Shown here: piece after piece, positions 50,299-64,000 of the stretch
Layout: each line of letters starts with the position of its first letter
Numbering within the stretch: position 1 is the first letter of the stretch
Assembly: GCF_009914755.1 (NCBI RefSeq)
Contig: NC_060936.1
Origin: the human T2T-CHM13v2.0 reference genome, Homo sapiens
Length of the DNA: 64,000 nucleotides
Direction: 5' to 3' (one strand)
Translations under genes and position numbers: made by a program
Notes under the pieces: model-generated
Told to the model about the DNA's origin: nothing
What the model saw: only the letters and a program-made list of their open reading frames with translations
Database searches by the model: none

Positions 50299-50675
50299 TG
50301 CTATGGTTTGAATGTCTGTCCCCTCCCACACAAGTTGAAGTTTAATTGCTATTGTGACAGTATTAAAAGGTGGGATATTTAAGAGGTAATTAGGTCATGA
50401 GCACTCTACCCTCATGAATGGATTAATGCCATTATCTCAGAAATAGAGTTGTTATCGTTGGAGTAGAATCCTTATAAAAGGATGAGTTCAGCTCTGTTTT
50501 GTCTCTCTCACCCTCTCTTTGCCCTTCTGCCATGGGATGCTGTCCACCATGGGATGATGCAGCAAGAAGGCCCTGGCAAGATGCACTTTTCAATCTTGGA
50601 CTTCCCAGCCTCCAGAAGTGTGAGCCAATAAATCTCTGAGGTATTCTGTTATAGTAGCACAAAATGGACTAAGAT
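50299..50675 (+). mobile_element. MST-type MaLR solo LTR
   Basis: tgctatggtttgaatgt...aaaatggactaaga; TSD gggga. Confidence 0.85.
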
Positions 50676-51651
50676 GGGGAAGAAAAGCTGATCAACGTAG
50701 ATTCAAGAGAGAATGGGAGTGGAGAAGTTAGAAATAGTAGGTATAGGCAGGCTACTCTTTAAAGGAATTTTGCTAAAAGGAGAAGGTAGAAAATGGAGTA
50801 ACTGAAGGGAAAAGTAAGGTGAATAGTAAGGTTTATTTTCTTTTCTTAAGACAATAGAAATAACATCATGGTTTTGTGCTGATTGGAAAGATCCAATAGA
50901 GAGAAAAAACTTGATGATGCCAGAGATAAAGGAGAAAAGTGCTGTAACGGGGTCCCTAAATCGACTAGAGAGAGTGAGATCTAGCACATAATAGAGAACT
51001 GGCCTTCATTAGGAGCATAGACAGTCCATTCACAGTAATATGTGAGAAGGCAGAGCACGTGAACACAAATGCAGGTAGGTGAGGAGATGTGACAGTGAGA
51101 GCACATGAAAATTCCTTTCTGATTGCCATTATTTTTCAATAGGAATAAGATACAACTCATCAGTTGAGAGTGAGGATAAGAGTGAGGGGAGAAGTTTTCA
51201 GAGGCTTGAAAGTTAGGAGAAATTCTGAATAGTCTAGAAGAATGAGAGTCTGGACTAAGAAACAGTAATGATTGGTAGGTAGCATTAAGCACTCAAGTGA
51301 GGTTAGTGATGGTTATGTGTTTTTCCCTCCAACCACATTTAGCTGCAGAGGTGCAGTGCAAATTTAAGTGGAGAACTGGATCCTAGTAACAAGCAGGCAG
51401 AAAGTTAGATTTAACCAGGATTTGCAAAGTTAAAAAAAAAATCAATAAAAAGTAAGAGGGACAAGACAAGGGAGTTTAGGATGCATGCAAGGTTATAATG
51501 ATTTATCACAGAATTTAGGTTGAATAATAATGAAAATTGGCAATGACACAGGTTAGGGACAATAAATGGTTGAGGAATTAATATATTATAGGTACAGATA
51601 TATTTGAAAAATGGTTGGAGTCAAAGAATAAGCTTTAAAAACAGAAGATCT

Positions 51652-52243
51652 TGCCTATAATTCCAGCCACTTGAGAGGCTGAGGTGGGAGGATCACTTGA
51701 GGCCAGAAGTTCAAGACCAGACTGGGAAAAATATCAAGACCCCATCTCTAAAAAATAAAAAATAAGGCCAGGCATGGTAGCCCACGCCTGCAATCCCAGC
51801 ACTTTGGGAGGCTGATGTGGGCAGATCACTTGAGGTCAGGAGTTCAAGACCAGCCTGACCGACATCGTGAAACCCCATCTCTACTAAAAATGCAAAAAAT
51901 TAGCCCAGCATGGTGGTGGGCGCATATAATCCCAGCTACTTAGGAGGCTGAGGCAGGAGAATCACCTGAACCTGGGAGGTGGAAGTTGCAGTGAGCCAAG
52001 ATCGCACCACTGCACTCCAGCCTGAGCTACAAAGTGAGACTCTGTCTTAAAAAAAATAAAAATGAAAAAACAAAAAAACTTAGGGGAGTTTAGTGGCATG
52101 CACCTGTAGTCCCAGCTACTTAGGAAGCTGAGGCGGGATGATCGCTATAGCCCAGGAGTTTGAGGCTGCAATGAACCATGATCACGCCATAGCACTCCAG
52201 CCTGAGCAACAGAGAGACCCTGTCCCTCAAAAAAAAAAAAAAA
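51652..52243 (+). mobile_element. AluJ with an AluS (51766-52078) nested in its central A-rich linker
   Basis: Left arm, complete inner Alu, then right arm. Confidence 0.9.
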
Positions 52244-52386
52244 GGTCAGAAAATGTGATGCTTAATAATGACATTATGGAGAAGTTGCAGTTATTTATTG
52301 GTAATGACAAGATCTAAAGCAGCACTATCCAGTAGAACTTCAGTGGAAGAAATAATATTTAAATATTTAAATTTAATAAATTTAAA

Positions 52387-52732
<346 letters not shown>

Positions 52733-52808
52733 ATAAATTTAAAATTTAAAAGCAACATGAGAAACGTGGACATCATATTGGACACATTTCATTCCAATTT
52801 GTAGGTTT

Positions 52809-53050
52809 CTAGGTTATAAGCCATGTGAGAGAAAGTTTTGTTTCATTTCTGAGTCCTTAGCACCTCACACATAGTAGATTTCTGTAAACTTTTATTATTT
52901 TTAATTTTTATTGATACATCAGAGGTGTACATATTTTGGGATAACCTGTGATAATGTAATACATTCATATAATTTGTAAAGTTCAAACCAGTATAACTGG
53001 GATAGCCATCACCTTATATATTTTTCTTTTCTTTATGTTTGAAACATTCA
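52809..53050 (+). repeat. 242-bp direct copy of 54903-55144 (about 96% identical)
   Basis: Ungapped manual alignment, 10 mismatches. Confidence 0.95.
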
Positions 53051-53621
53051 GTCCAATTATCCTATTGGACAGTGCAGGTCTAGAGGTATAACCATGTTAG
53101 TGAGTTGCCAAGATAGAAGACAATATCAAGAAGAGGAGGCCAAAGAACTTAGAAGCTAGGTTACTGGAAGGTCCATATAAGTCGATATTAAAATCACCAA
53201 GAATTATGACAAAAGTGATATTGAAGTAACAGTGAACCACCAGCTAAAATCTTCAAGGAAAGATGAGTGTCTCCAGATGGGAGAATGAGTGTATAACAAG
53301 GAGTAGAAGTGAGTGGTATAGTCCAATTACATGTTAATCAAAACAGAAGTTTCAGGAAGGAAAGAGGGAAAAAGATTTAGAACCATCAATGCAAGGAGCA
53401 CACCTACACCTTGTCTAGGTCCAGTGTGGCAAAATGCTTTGAAAGTATCTTCTTTCATTGCAAAGTTAAGTTTGTGGATTGCCTTATCACTTACTTATGG
53501 TGTCACTTGTCAAATAAAGGATTTAATGCTTAAATTTGACAATCCTTCCTTACCTTAAGGTCATAAATACATTCTCTTGTTTTCTTTTAAAAGTGTTACA
53601 GGTTTGCTTTTTACATTTAAT

Positions 53622-53952
53622 GTTTTGTTTCGGTTTTTGTTTGTTTGTTTTATTTTTTGCGACAGTATCTTGCTCTGTCACCCAGGCTGGAATGCAGTGT
53701 CACGGCTCACTGCAAGCTCTGCCTCCCGGGTTCAAACGATTCTCCTGCCTCAGCCTCCTAAGTAGCTGGAATTATAGGCATGCATCACCCCTCCCAGCTA
53801 ATTTGTGTGTGTGTGTGTGTGTGTGTATTTTCAGTAGAGACGGGTTTCGCCATGTTGGCCAGGCTGGTCTCGAATTCCTGACCTCAGGTGATCTGCCCAG
53901 CTTGGCCTCCCAAAGTGCTGAGATTACAGGCGCGAGCCACCGTGCCCCGCCT
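53622..53952 (-). mobile_element. AluS with (TG)n in the linker
   Basis: Antisense dimer. Confidence 0.95.
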
Positions 53953-54984
53953 ATTCAGTTCTTACTGTGTCTTTGTCCTTCCTCCTCCAGTCCACAGCTC
54001 TGTATAATGCTATAGCCTCAGCAAGAGAAGTGGAATCAGCTTTGTTTTTTAGCTGCCTATCATAAGTGGATTTGGAAGAGATGGGGTATCTCAAAGTGTC
54101 ATTCATCTTGACCAGAAGTCTTCTGATAGTTTTATAATTTCATTCTTTAACCATTCAAATCTTTCACTGACCTGGAGTTAATTTTGATGTAATTTTGATA
54201 TAAGAATCTAACTCTTTTCCTCCGAATATTTAACCAGTTGTCCCCACATCATTTATCAAATTACTTATTGAATTGCTAATTTTTGTGACTGCCACTTTTT
54301 AAGTGGCCCTCAGATCTGTCTTCTTATTCTTTATAGTCCCATTGTTACTAACCCAGTTGAGGTCACTGTTATTCTGCCAGCTTTCACCTAGGTTGCTGCC
54401 ATGGCCTCCTAACTCTTGGTCTTCAATCCCTTATATACAGTACAGCCAGAATGACCTTGTGTAACACAAAACTGGTCATGCTACTCCCTGCATACAGCAT
54501 TCCAATGACCTTCCCATTTCCTTAAGATGTTTGGTGAGGTTTACCATTATATCAGCTTATTTATATCTTTATCTCTTCCCATTCATCTTCCTCATCCTCA
54601 ACTCTACTCTGGCAGCCCTAGGGCTTAGCCTGTTGATCATGTCATGCCCTCCTTCCTTTCCAGATACATGTTGTTCTTTGCTTCTGTCCTCACCCACTGT
54701 ATCTTGGATGACTAACTGATCCATCCTGTAGGTTTCACTAAGGTGTTACAGCCTCCAAAAAAAAAAAAGCCTTTTGTGATCTTCCTTGAGCCCCAGAATA
54801 GGGGCTTCTCTAGATGATGCTATATTCTCCTTTTCTTCCCCCACCATAGCACTAATTATGCAGAATAGCCATTTCTTATTTGCTTTCCTACTTACTTCTC
54901 TCCTAGGTTATAAGCCATGTGAGAGAAAGTTTTGTTTCATTTCTGAGTCCTTAGCACCTCACACGTAGTAGATTTCTGTAAATT

Positions 54985-56165
54985 TGTATTATTTTTAATT
55001 TTTATTGATACATCATAGGTGTGCATATTTTGGGATAACCTGCGATAATGTAATACATTCATATAATTTGTAAAGTTAAAACCGGTATAACTGGGATAGC
55101 CATCACCTTATATATTTGTCTTTTCTTTATGTTTGAAATATTCAAATTATTATCTTCTAGCTATTTTGAAATATACAATAGATTGTTGTAAACTATAGTC
55201 ACCCTTCTGATCTATCAAACTCTAGGTCTTAATTATTCTGTTAAACTGTATATTTGTACCCATTAATCAACCTCTCTTCATCCTCGCCTTCCCCTCTACC
55301 CTTCCTGGCCTCTGAAAACTACCAATCTATTCTCTATCTTCACAAAATCTACTTTTTAACTTCCCACATGTGAGTGAGAACATGTGATATTTGTCTTTCT
55401 GTGCCTGGCTTACTTCACTTAACATAATGACCTCTAGTTCCATCTATGTTGCTGCAAATGACAGGGTTTAATTTTTATTGCCGAATAATATTCCGTCTTA
55501 TATATATGGCACATTTTCTTTATCCATTCATCCGTTTATGGGCACTTAGGTTGATTTTATATTTTGGCTATTGTGAATAGTGTTGCAATAAACGGGGGAG
55601 TGCAGACATATCTTTGATATATTGATTTCCTTTCTTTTGGATATACATCTAGTGGTGAAATTGGTGAATCATATAGCAGTTCTATTTTTAGTTTTTTAAG
55701 GAACTTCCTTACAGTTTTCCATAATAGCTGTACTAAGTGACATTCCCACCAACTATGTATGAGGGTTCCCCTTTCTCTACATCCCTGCCAGCATCCATTA
55801 TTCCCTGTCTTTTTGATAAAAGCCATTTTAACTGGGGTGAGATGAAATCTCATTGTGGTTTTGATTTGAGTTTCTCTGATGATTAGTGATATTGAACATT
55901 TTTTTCATATACCTGTTGTCCATTTGTATATCTTCTTTTAAGAAATGTCATGCAGCAAGCCAACATGGCACGTGTATGCCTATGTAACAAACCTGCACGT
56001 TGTGCACATGTACCCTAAAACTTAAAGTATAATAATAATAAGAAGAAGAAATGTTTATTCAGATCTTTTGCCCATTTAAAAATTGGATTATTTGGGATTT
56101 TCCTACTGAATTGTTTGAGCTCCTTATATATTCTGGTTATTAATCCCTTGTCAGATGGATATGTG
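54985..56165 (-). mobile_element. L1MA-like 3' end
   Basis: cccacatgtgagtgagaacatgtgatatttgtctttctgtgcctggctta; ORF 55557-55853 is the L1 ORF2 C-terminus ([15 protein letters not shown]...). Confidence 0.9.
55951..56049 (+). mobile_element. Very short L1PA 3' end nested in the older L1
   Basis: atgtaacaaacctgcacgttgtgcacatgtaccctaaaacttaaagtataataat; TSD aagaaatgt. Confidence 0.9.
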
Positions 56166-56421
56166 AATTCAATAAAAATTTATCAACTATACGGTGATAC
56201 ACCAGACACCATGCTAAATCCATGGGAATACATAAGAACACAAGAAAGACAAGATCACCTCCCTCGCACAACTTATACTCTAGTGAAAGACACACACAAC
56301 CAAATAAATAAAATAATTACAGCTTGTATTGGGAAGAATATAAACAGTTGGCTGTGAAAGGGAATAATAGAGGGTCCTACTTAGATAAGATGACCAAGAA
56401 TTTCTGCCTTGAGAAATTGAC

Positions 56422-56720
<299 letters not shown>

Positions 56721-56880
56721 TGAGAAATTGACATTGAAGTTAAAAACTAAAGAAAGAGAAGGGGCCAACCATGTGAAAAGCTGAAAGAAGAGCATTACAA
56801 ACAGAAACAAGAGCAAGCGCAAAAATCCTGAAAGAGGAAAGAAGTTGGTATGTTCTAGGAGCATCAATTGCAGAGGACAC

Positions 56881-57190
<310 letters not shown>

Positions 57191-58076
57191 TGACTGATGA
57201 CATAAGATGCATGGTGTGAAGTTGGAGACTTCAGGCAAGTGTTCCAATCATGCAGGGGTCTTTCTAGCCATAGCCAGGCACTTGGATTTGTTCTAAAAGG
57301 CTGGAAAAACATGGAAGTGTTTTAAAGAGGAGAATGGCATGCTCTAATTACATTTCAGGAGTTTACTCTGGTTATGTTGATAATGGAATGTAAGGAAGTT
57401 TCCATAGAAGTGGAGGGACCAGTCAAAAGCCATCACAGTAAATCAGGAGAGGAAGAGCAGTAATTTAAACTGGCACAGTCCCAAGTGAAGATGGGGAAAA
57501 GTGAATGAATTCAAGATGCATTTGGGAGGTAGAACCCCATTTGGACTGGCAAGTGAACTGACAATGAAGGATAAGGGAAAGGGAAAGGATTTTAACTCCC
57601 AGACTTCTGACTTCAGTAACTGAGTGAATAACGTTGCCATTTATAAGATACAAATAATGGGGGAAATAGATTGGAAGGGCACAGGGAAATCAAATATTCT
57701 ATTTTGACTATGCTAAATTTGAAATGTGTGTGACAGAACAAAATAGAGATGTCAGATAAGCAGTTTGAATATAGTAATCTGGGGCTTAGATGAAAGGTCT
57801 AGTCTTGACATATACATGTAGATGTCATCAGCATGAAGCATTAGAAAGTGTATGAGATCCCTAAAGAACAGAGTAAATGTGGAGAAGATAGAACGATATT
57901 CAGAAACCAAGATCAAGGCACTGGGAGTGCTCATCGTTACTATGGCATTGCTTCTCTGAGGCTGCCTCACTAACTGAGCTAGGGAAATACATGTATGCAT
58001 ATACATATGTACATATATAGGTATTTTCACATATGCATTTATATACATATATGCATACATGCATTTACATCTATGT

Positions 58077-58380
58077 TAATTAATTAATTTATTTATTTTT
58101 GGGACGGAGTCTTGCTTCTTTGCCCAGGCTGGAGTGCAATGGCTTGATCTCAGCTCACTGCAACCTCTGCCTCCCGGTTCAAGTGATTCGTCTGCCTCAG
58201 CCTCCTGAGTAGCTGGGATTACAGGAGTGTGCCACCATGTCCTGCTAATTTTTGTATTTTTAGTAGAGATGGGGTTTCACCATGTTGGCCAGGCTGGTCT
58301 TGAACTCCTGACCTCAAGTGTTCCACCTGCCTGGGCCTCCCAAAGTGCTGAGATTACAGGTGTGAGCCACCGTGCCCAGC
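58077..58380 (-). mobile_element. AluS inside an L1MC-like 3' end
   Basis: TSD ctatgtta. Confidence 0.95.
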
Positions 58381-59014
58381 CCTATGTTTATTCTTTATAT
58401 CTGTCTTTATATATTGAAAACCATAAGTTCACACTGATAGGTTCAATTCTAATCCATTGCCACAGGGCTTAGTCTAGCTTTCCCCTTCCATGTTTACACC
58501 TCTTTTCTCTGACAGTGAGCAACTTGACTGTCATTATCCTTAATATTCTGCTAATTTGCTTAATCTCCCTGCATGTTGCCAATTTCCTGACACCTTTAGG
58601 CTGCTACCTTGCTAGAACACTCTTCCTACGCAGGCCTGGCTCCCATGAGGCTGCCTTCTGGCGAGAAAGGGAGGAAAGCTCACTTTCCTTATTTAGGTTC
58701 TGCACATTAAGTATATTATTTGGCATTTTATTTGTTTTGTTGCTATTTTGAATAAGCATTTCTTTTTCACTATATTTTCTGTTCATTGCTTGTATTTGAA
58801 AAGACTACAATGTATAGTTTCATTTTTTCATATTTGCCTATTTGAAGTGAAAAAAGTTTGTATTTCATTACTCATTGGTTATTAGTAATATTGAACATTT
58901 TCAAGTGTTTATTAGCCATTTTAATTTTTCCATGAACTTTCTGAATCCTTTGCCTTTTATTCTATAGAAATCTTTTATTACTTTTTTAAAAAAATCAACT
59001 TTCTTGAGTTCTTT

Positions 59015-59322
59015 ATTTTTATTATTATTATTTTTTTTTGAGAAAGGGTCTTGCTCTATCACCTGGGCTGGAGTGCAGTGGTATGATCTCGGCTCATTGC
59101 AGCCTCCACCTCCTGAGCTCAAGTGATCCTCCCATCTTAGCCTCACAAGTAGCTGAGCCTACAGGCATGGACCACCACATCCGGTTAATTTTTAAATTTT
59201 TGTTTACAGATGGGTTTTCATCATGTTGTCCAGGCTAGTCTCAAACTCCTGAGCTCAAGCAATCTGCCTGCCTCAGCCTCCCAAAGTGCTAGGATTAAAG
59301 GCATGAGCCACCAAGCCCAGCC
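59015..59322 (-). mobile_element. AluJ
   Basis: TSD cttgagttcttta. Confidence 0.95.
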
Positions 59323-59454
59323 TTGAGTTCTTTATAAATTCAGGATAACTGTTGCAAATATTTTCCAAGTTGACTGTTTTAATTTTTATTTTTTTTAATT
59401 TACAGAATTTTGATTTTTCATATAGTCAAATGTGTTGATCTTTTTCTTCATGAT

Positions 59455-59756
<302 letters not shown>

Positions 59757-60422
59757 ACTGTGATTTCTTATACTATGTTTAAGCTTCGAACTCCCTTTCC
59801 TATCCAGAGGTCAGATATTCACCTATGCATTACTTTAGCTAAACATTTTTAGAAAATTTAAATTTTAACATTTTATCCATCTAGAATTTATTTTATTACA
59901 TTTTTAGCCAATTTGTGGATAATTTGAATATATTAGGAATATTAATCTTTTGCCTGTCACAATTGACGCAGCTTTTCATTTGCCATTTTAACCTATTTCA
60001 TTTTGATTTATCCCCTTCTTGTTTTTAAGCTTAGAATGACTTCCCCTATCCAGAGACTTAATAAACATACACTTACGCTTTCTTTTTTCTCTTTTTTTCC
60101 TCTCCTCTTTTTCTCCTCCTCCTTCTTTTTCTTTAGCATGTGCCTCAAGGCCAGCTATAAGTAAAACAGAACCCCTAAACTAGCCCCAGATCACTTTGGT
60201 CTCTTGGGGGTCTTACAGACCAAGCAATACGTGGGATTGAGGTGGATTTTTCTAACACACACTCCCCTCCCTTTCCCTCCTACATAAAAAGCAGTCCAGT
60301 GTTGAACTTCCCAATAAGTGTATGTATACCTGACAATTCATAAACTGCTGAAGTGAAAGGTGGCCTTTAGATATTCCGTATATAAATTTAGCCATTTATA
60401 CAGAGGGAATGAAAAAAAAAGT

Positions 60423-60538
60423 GGCCTGATTCTGATCAGATGCTGCTTGTTTCTCCTTACACCACAGGGTTCTGTTCTATGTCATTTCCTTTGAAGTCAG
60501 TGGGAACTCTGTGCAGGACGGCAACATGAACACCGGCC
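60423..60538. mobile_element. Degraded palindromic MITE-like element (ancient amniote type)
   Basis: ggcctgattc...cacagggttc...ttcctttgaagtcagtgggaactctgtg...gaacaccggcc nested inverted motifs. Confidence 0.4.
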
Positions 60539-62069
60539 TCTATACATGAAGGTGAGAACTGCCATTACGATAAACTATTCAGCAGTGTGGTGGAGGGAGC
60601 ATTGGTTTAACACACTTGGTGGCTACCCTGCAGATCCCACTGTCTGTGAGAGCTTTGTTCAACTGGAGCAAACAAGAACTTTTTGAATCTTGACATACAA
60701 GGGCTCATTCAGCAGAGCATCCCCTGTTATGAGAGGAGGCACAGTGCTGGGCAGACATTGCAGTTTTTAGCCAGCACACTGAGGACATTTCTCTCATTCT
60801 CTCCATCTGTAAAGAGTCTGTTTTCAAGACCCCCAAAATGGTTTTCTATAGATTAGAAAGGAGTATAAATATTTTTACATGTTTGTACCCAATTACACAA
60901 AAAAGAAGGCAAAGTGCAATTGTATAAAAGTAGGTAGGCCTTTTCAAGATGGAAAGAAAGAATTCTTTGAAAATTTTAGTTGAAGGGGTTACGTGATGAA
61001 AAGCAGAGCTCATAAAAGAAACAATGAAAAAAACTTTGACATGGAGAAGGTATTGAAAATGAAGAATCATGTATATTTGCTTTCTATCTCAGGATCATTA
61101 TTTTGTTCACTGGTCAACAGAGTCTTTCTCCCTCCACTCCTTGTCACAATGGCTTACATGCCATTTATTAGAAACCTGAATCAAACGATGCTTCCAGGTT
61201 ATTAGTCTACAAACATCTGAATGAGTAGAAGTTAAAGAGCAAATTGCCCAAGGTGATTTTTTTTCCCTACCCATCCCATCGCCGGACTTTGCAGTGGCGG
61301 TGCACCCTTCCTGATTCCTTCATCACATCATTCTGCTCCTGCCTCTAGGCCTTGACTTGAGCTGTAGCATATACTCAGCTTCAAGCCTCCTCACTTACAA
61401 GAACCCCTCTGAGGGCAGTACACTAGTGTTTTGTATTTGTAATTTGTCCTATTGGATGGCATTGGTGGAGCAGGCATTTCCAACTTACAGTTTTGAATGC
61501 TTTCTCAGGAAATGTGTATCCATCTCTGTATATAGAATACTTTTTCTTTCCACAGGCCATCAAGTGGTTAACATATAGACAGTATTTAAATCCTTGGGAC
61601 TGGATGAGATTACCAAGGGAGGAAATGTAGATGAAGGAGAAGAGAAAGGATGGAGTTCTGGAGCACTACAAATTTAAGAGACTGGGGAGAAGAGGAGAAA
61701 CCCAGAAAATCTACCTTGGAGATCACTGCGTAATACTACACTGGGAGCAGTATCATTCTTTGAAATAATAATTATAATGTAATATAATAGTTATAAACTA
61801 TTCCAGTGTGTGAACATGCCCTTTATTCAAGCAGTTCTCTACCAGTAGCTTCTTAACTGGTCTTCCTGCTCTCAGTTTATCCTTACTCCAATCCTTTGTA
61901 AATACTGCTTATGCTAACCTTGGATTAATCTTAGTTATTTATGCCTGCATGAAAAATGGAAAAATTGGACACATATTGCATTTATATAATGAAATACAAT
62001 GCAGTTTATTAAAAATCATGTTGAAAAACCCACAACATAATGTTGAATTAAAAAAACATAATCCCAGTC

Positions 62070-62103
62070 TACACACACACACACACACACACGTGCACAC
62101 ACA
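62070..62103. repeat. (CA)n microsatellite
   Basis: Direct reading. Confidence 0.9.
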
Positions 62104-62185
62104 TAAATATATGACCAGAAATAAAATGCTGTACATTTAGCCATCAAAGTTTAACATATTTATGGATGATGGATTTCCAAGTAAT

Positions 62186-62370
62186 TTTTATTTTCATTTT
62201 TTATTTTACTATTATGTATGTATGTATGTATTTATTGAGACAAAATCTCACTCTGTCACCCAGGCTGGAGCGCAGTGGTGCGATCTTGGCTCACTGCAAC
62301 CTCTATGTCCCAGTTTCAAGAGATTCTCCTGCTTCAGTCTCTGAGTAGCTAGGATTATAGGTGCACGCCA
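62186..62370 (-). mobile_element. Alu right arm only
   Basis: Antisense single arm. Confidence 0.85.
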
Positions 62371-63254
62371 ATTTTTATTCTATTTTTGGTGGTTTTCTGT
62401 GTTTTGCAAATTTTCTTCATAAAAAAAGAAAGATTTTTAGAAAGCATACTTTAATCATGTTGCTTCACGGGAAACCAGCTTTGATTCTTTACTGCCTAAA
62501 AAGATAATGTCCAAATATCTTAATTTAGTAGTGAAGGCCCTTCAGAGCAGAGTCCCAACCTACTTACTCAAAGTTTTCTCCTAGTTGGCACAAACCCTTT
62601 GTTGCAGTTAAAAGGATCTGCTCAAGGTCTGCTAGATGTGCTTGGTACTTTGCTGCATCTGTACTTTTTTTTTAATGCTAGGATCCTTTTCATGTCCCTT
62701 ATTTTCCTATAATTTCCAAAATCCTTTAAGACATGATTTAAGTTCTATCTCTTACCTGAAGACCATGAGTGAGGGACGAGGTCTCCAAAAATGAATGACT
62801 CTGTTATTCATTTAGCATTTACCACAGGATCCTTAGCATTATTACGGTTCTTTTTCTATGAGCCCATAACTTATCTCCCTAACTGGCACTTTTAAGCACT
62901 TAGAAGACTTGTTCTGTAACTTGGAGTTCTTGGTATTCCCCTGACCTCCTATGCATATTGAGTATGCAATAAACATTTGTAGTAGTTTAGATCCAGGGTT
63001 ATTTCAAATAAATATAATTTTTGAAATTTGAAATAATTCTGGATCTCTCTTTCTCTATGCGTTCTATGTGCATTGAACTTGCTGAAGGAGTAACAGATTT
63101 TCAGCAGTTAATTTCCTATAAGGGAAAAATTTAAATAAACTTAATTATAAACTATTGCTTAAATATTTTTCCTGCACCAAAGGTCATTGGTTATTTTTGC
63201 TTCAGGGAACGTTCTCTTTTTACTGTCTCCTGAAATACAACTGAAATACAATGT

Positions 63255-63485
63255 AGCTTTCCTTTTCTTCTTTATTCCCTGGTCCCAAATATAATCTCCA
63301 CATGTGCTCTATCTTTGTAGGTGAAATACTTCCTGCCTCAGTGAAATCCGGCTCCCAGTGAATTTCTTTGGTTTAGAGAGCAACTTGAGGATTTTGCATT
63401 TGGCACCATTCAATTTCCTTGGCATCTCTCCATAGTCACCATTTAGAAGGCTCCTGGTCAGTAGGATTTCTCTCCCTCTTACACT
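63255..63485 (-). other. Candidate terminal exon (motif-only)
   Basis: ccttttttaatctctacag| acceptor; phase-0 frame open for 58 codons to TAG (63309-63311); AATAAA at 63271-63276, then CA and a GU/U-rich tract. Confidence 0.35.
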
Positions 63486-63788
63486 CTGTAGAGATTAAAA
63501 AAGGATTGTATTACAGGGGCTTGGAAATGTGATGGAAAATGAAATTTGCTTTAGCAAAAATGGAAGCTTTTGAAACTCAAGTTGTTCTAACAGGACCCTT
63601 AGACAAGAATAGTTTTTAGGGGAGCAAAATGGCAGATACGGTTTAAGTTCCTTATTTAGATTGCCACTAAGAAATATTATGATGTGTAAAATCACTCACT
63701 CAAATAAAGTCATTTGCAAAACAATATGATTACATTTATGTATTTAAAAATATTGGTGCATACATACATATAAAGCAAGCTTGGATTA

Positions 63789-64000
<212 letters not shown>

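Noticed and set aside
57990-58061. 14-bp inverted repeat catgtatgcatata / tatatgcatacatg
   Set aside because: Arises trivially in alternating purine-pyrimidine low-complexity sequence within an L1MC-like tail
59777-60078. Two similar segments gtttaagctt...cctatccagag
   Set aside because: Short and diverged; best explained as homologous old L1ME fragments

Overview
This is primate (human-like) euchromatic genomic DNA, intronic or intergenic in character and very repeat-rich. It holds about 45 Alu/FLAM copies, old L1M and L2 fragments, MIRs, MaLR/ERVL solo LTRs and hAT/Tigger DNA-transposon remnants. I can support no intact protein-coding gene: nearly all entries in the ORF track are Alu-, LTR- or LINE-derived or chance frames. 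Two retrocopies are clear: a full-length 7SL (SRP RNA) pseudogene (1875-2188) and an RPS26 processed pseudogene split by an AluJ (23258-24026). The best leads sit in repeat-free islands, mostly on the minus strand: a textbook recursive-splice-site motif (28322-28367), a candidate 24-nt GC-AG microexon with RBFOX/UGC motifs and a hairpin over its putative branch region (16051-16074), further candidate exons, and a candidate terminal exon with AATAAA (about 63255-63485). Also notable are a 26-bp inverted repeat outside any repeat I recognise (16693-16819), a 242-bp local templated insertion with repair-scar junctions (52809-53050, copied from 54903-55144), and a degraded palindromic MITE-like element (60423-60538). 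I cannot name the host locus. Repeat boundaries and subfamily calls are by eye and approximate, and all splice-based claims rest on motifs only.
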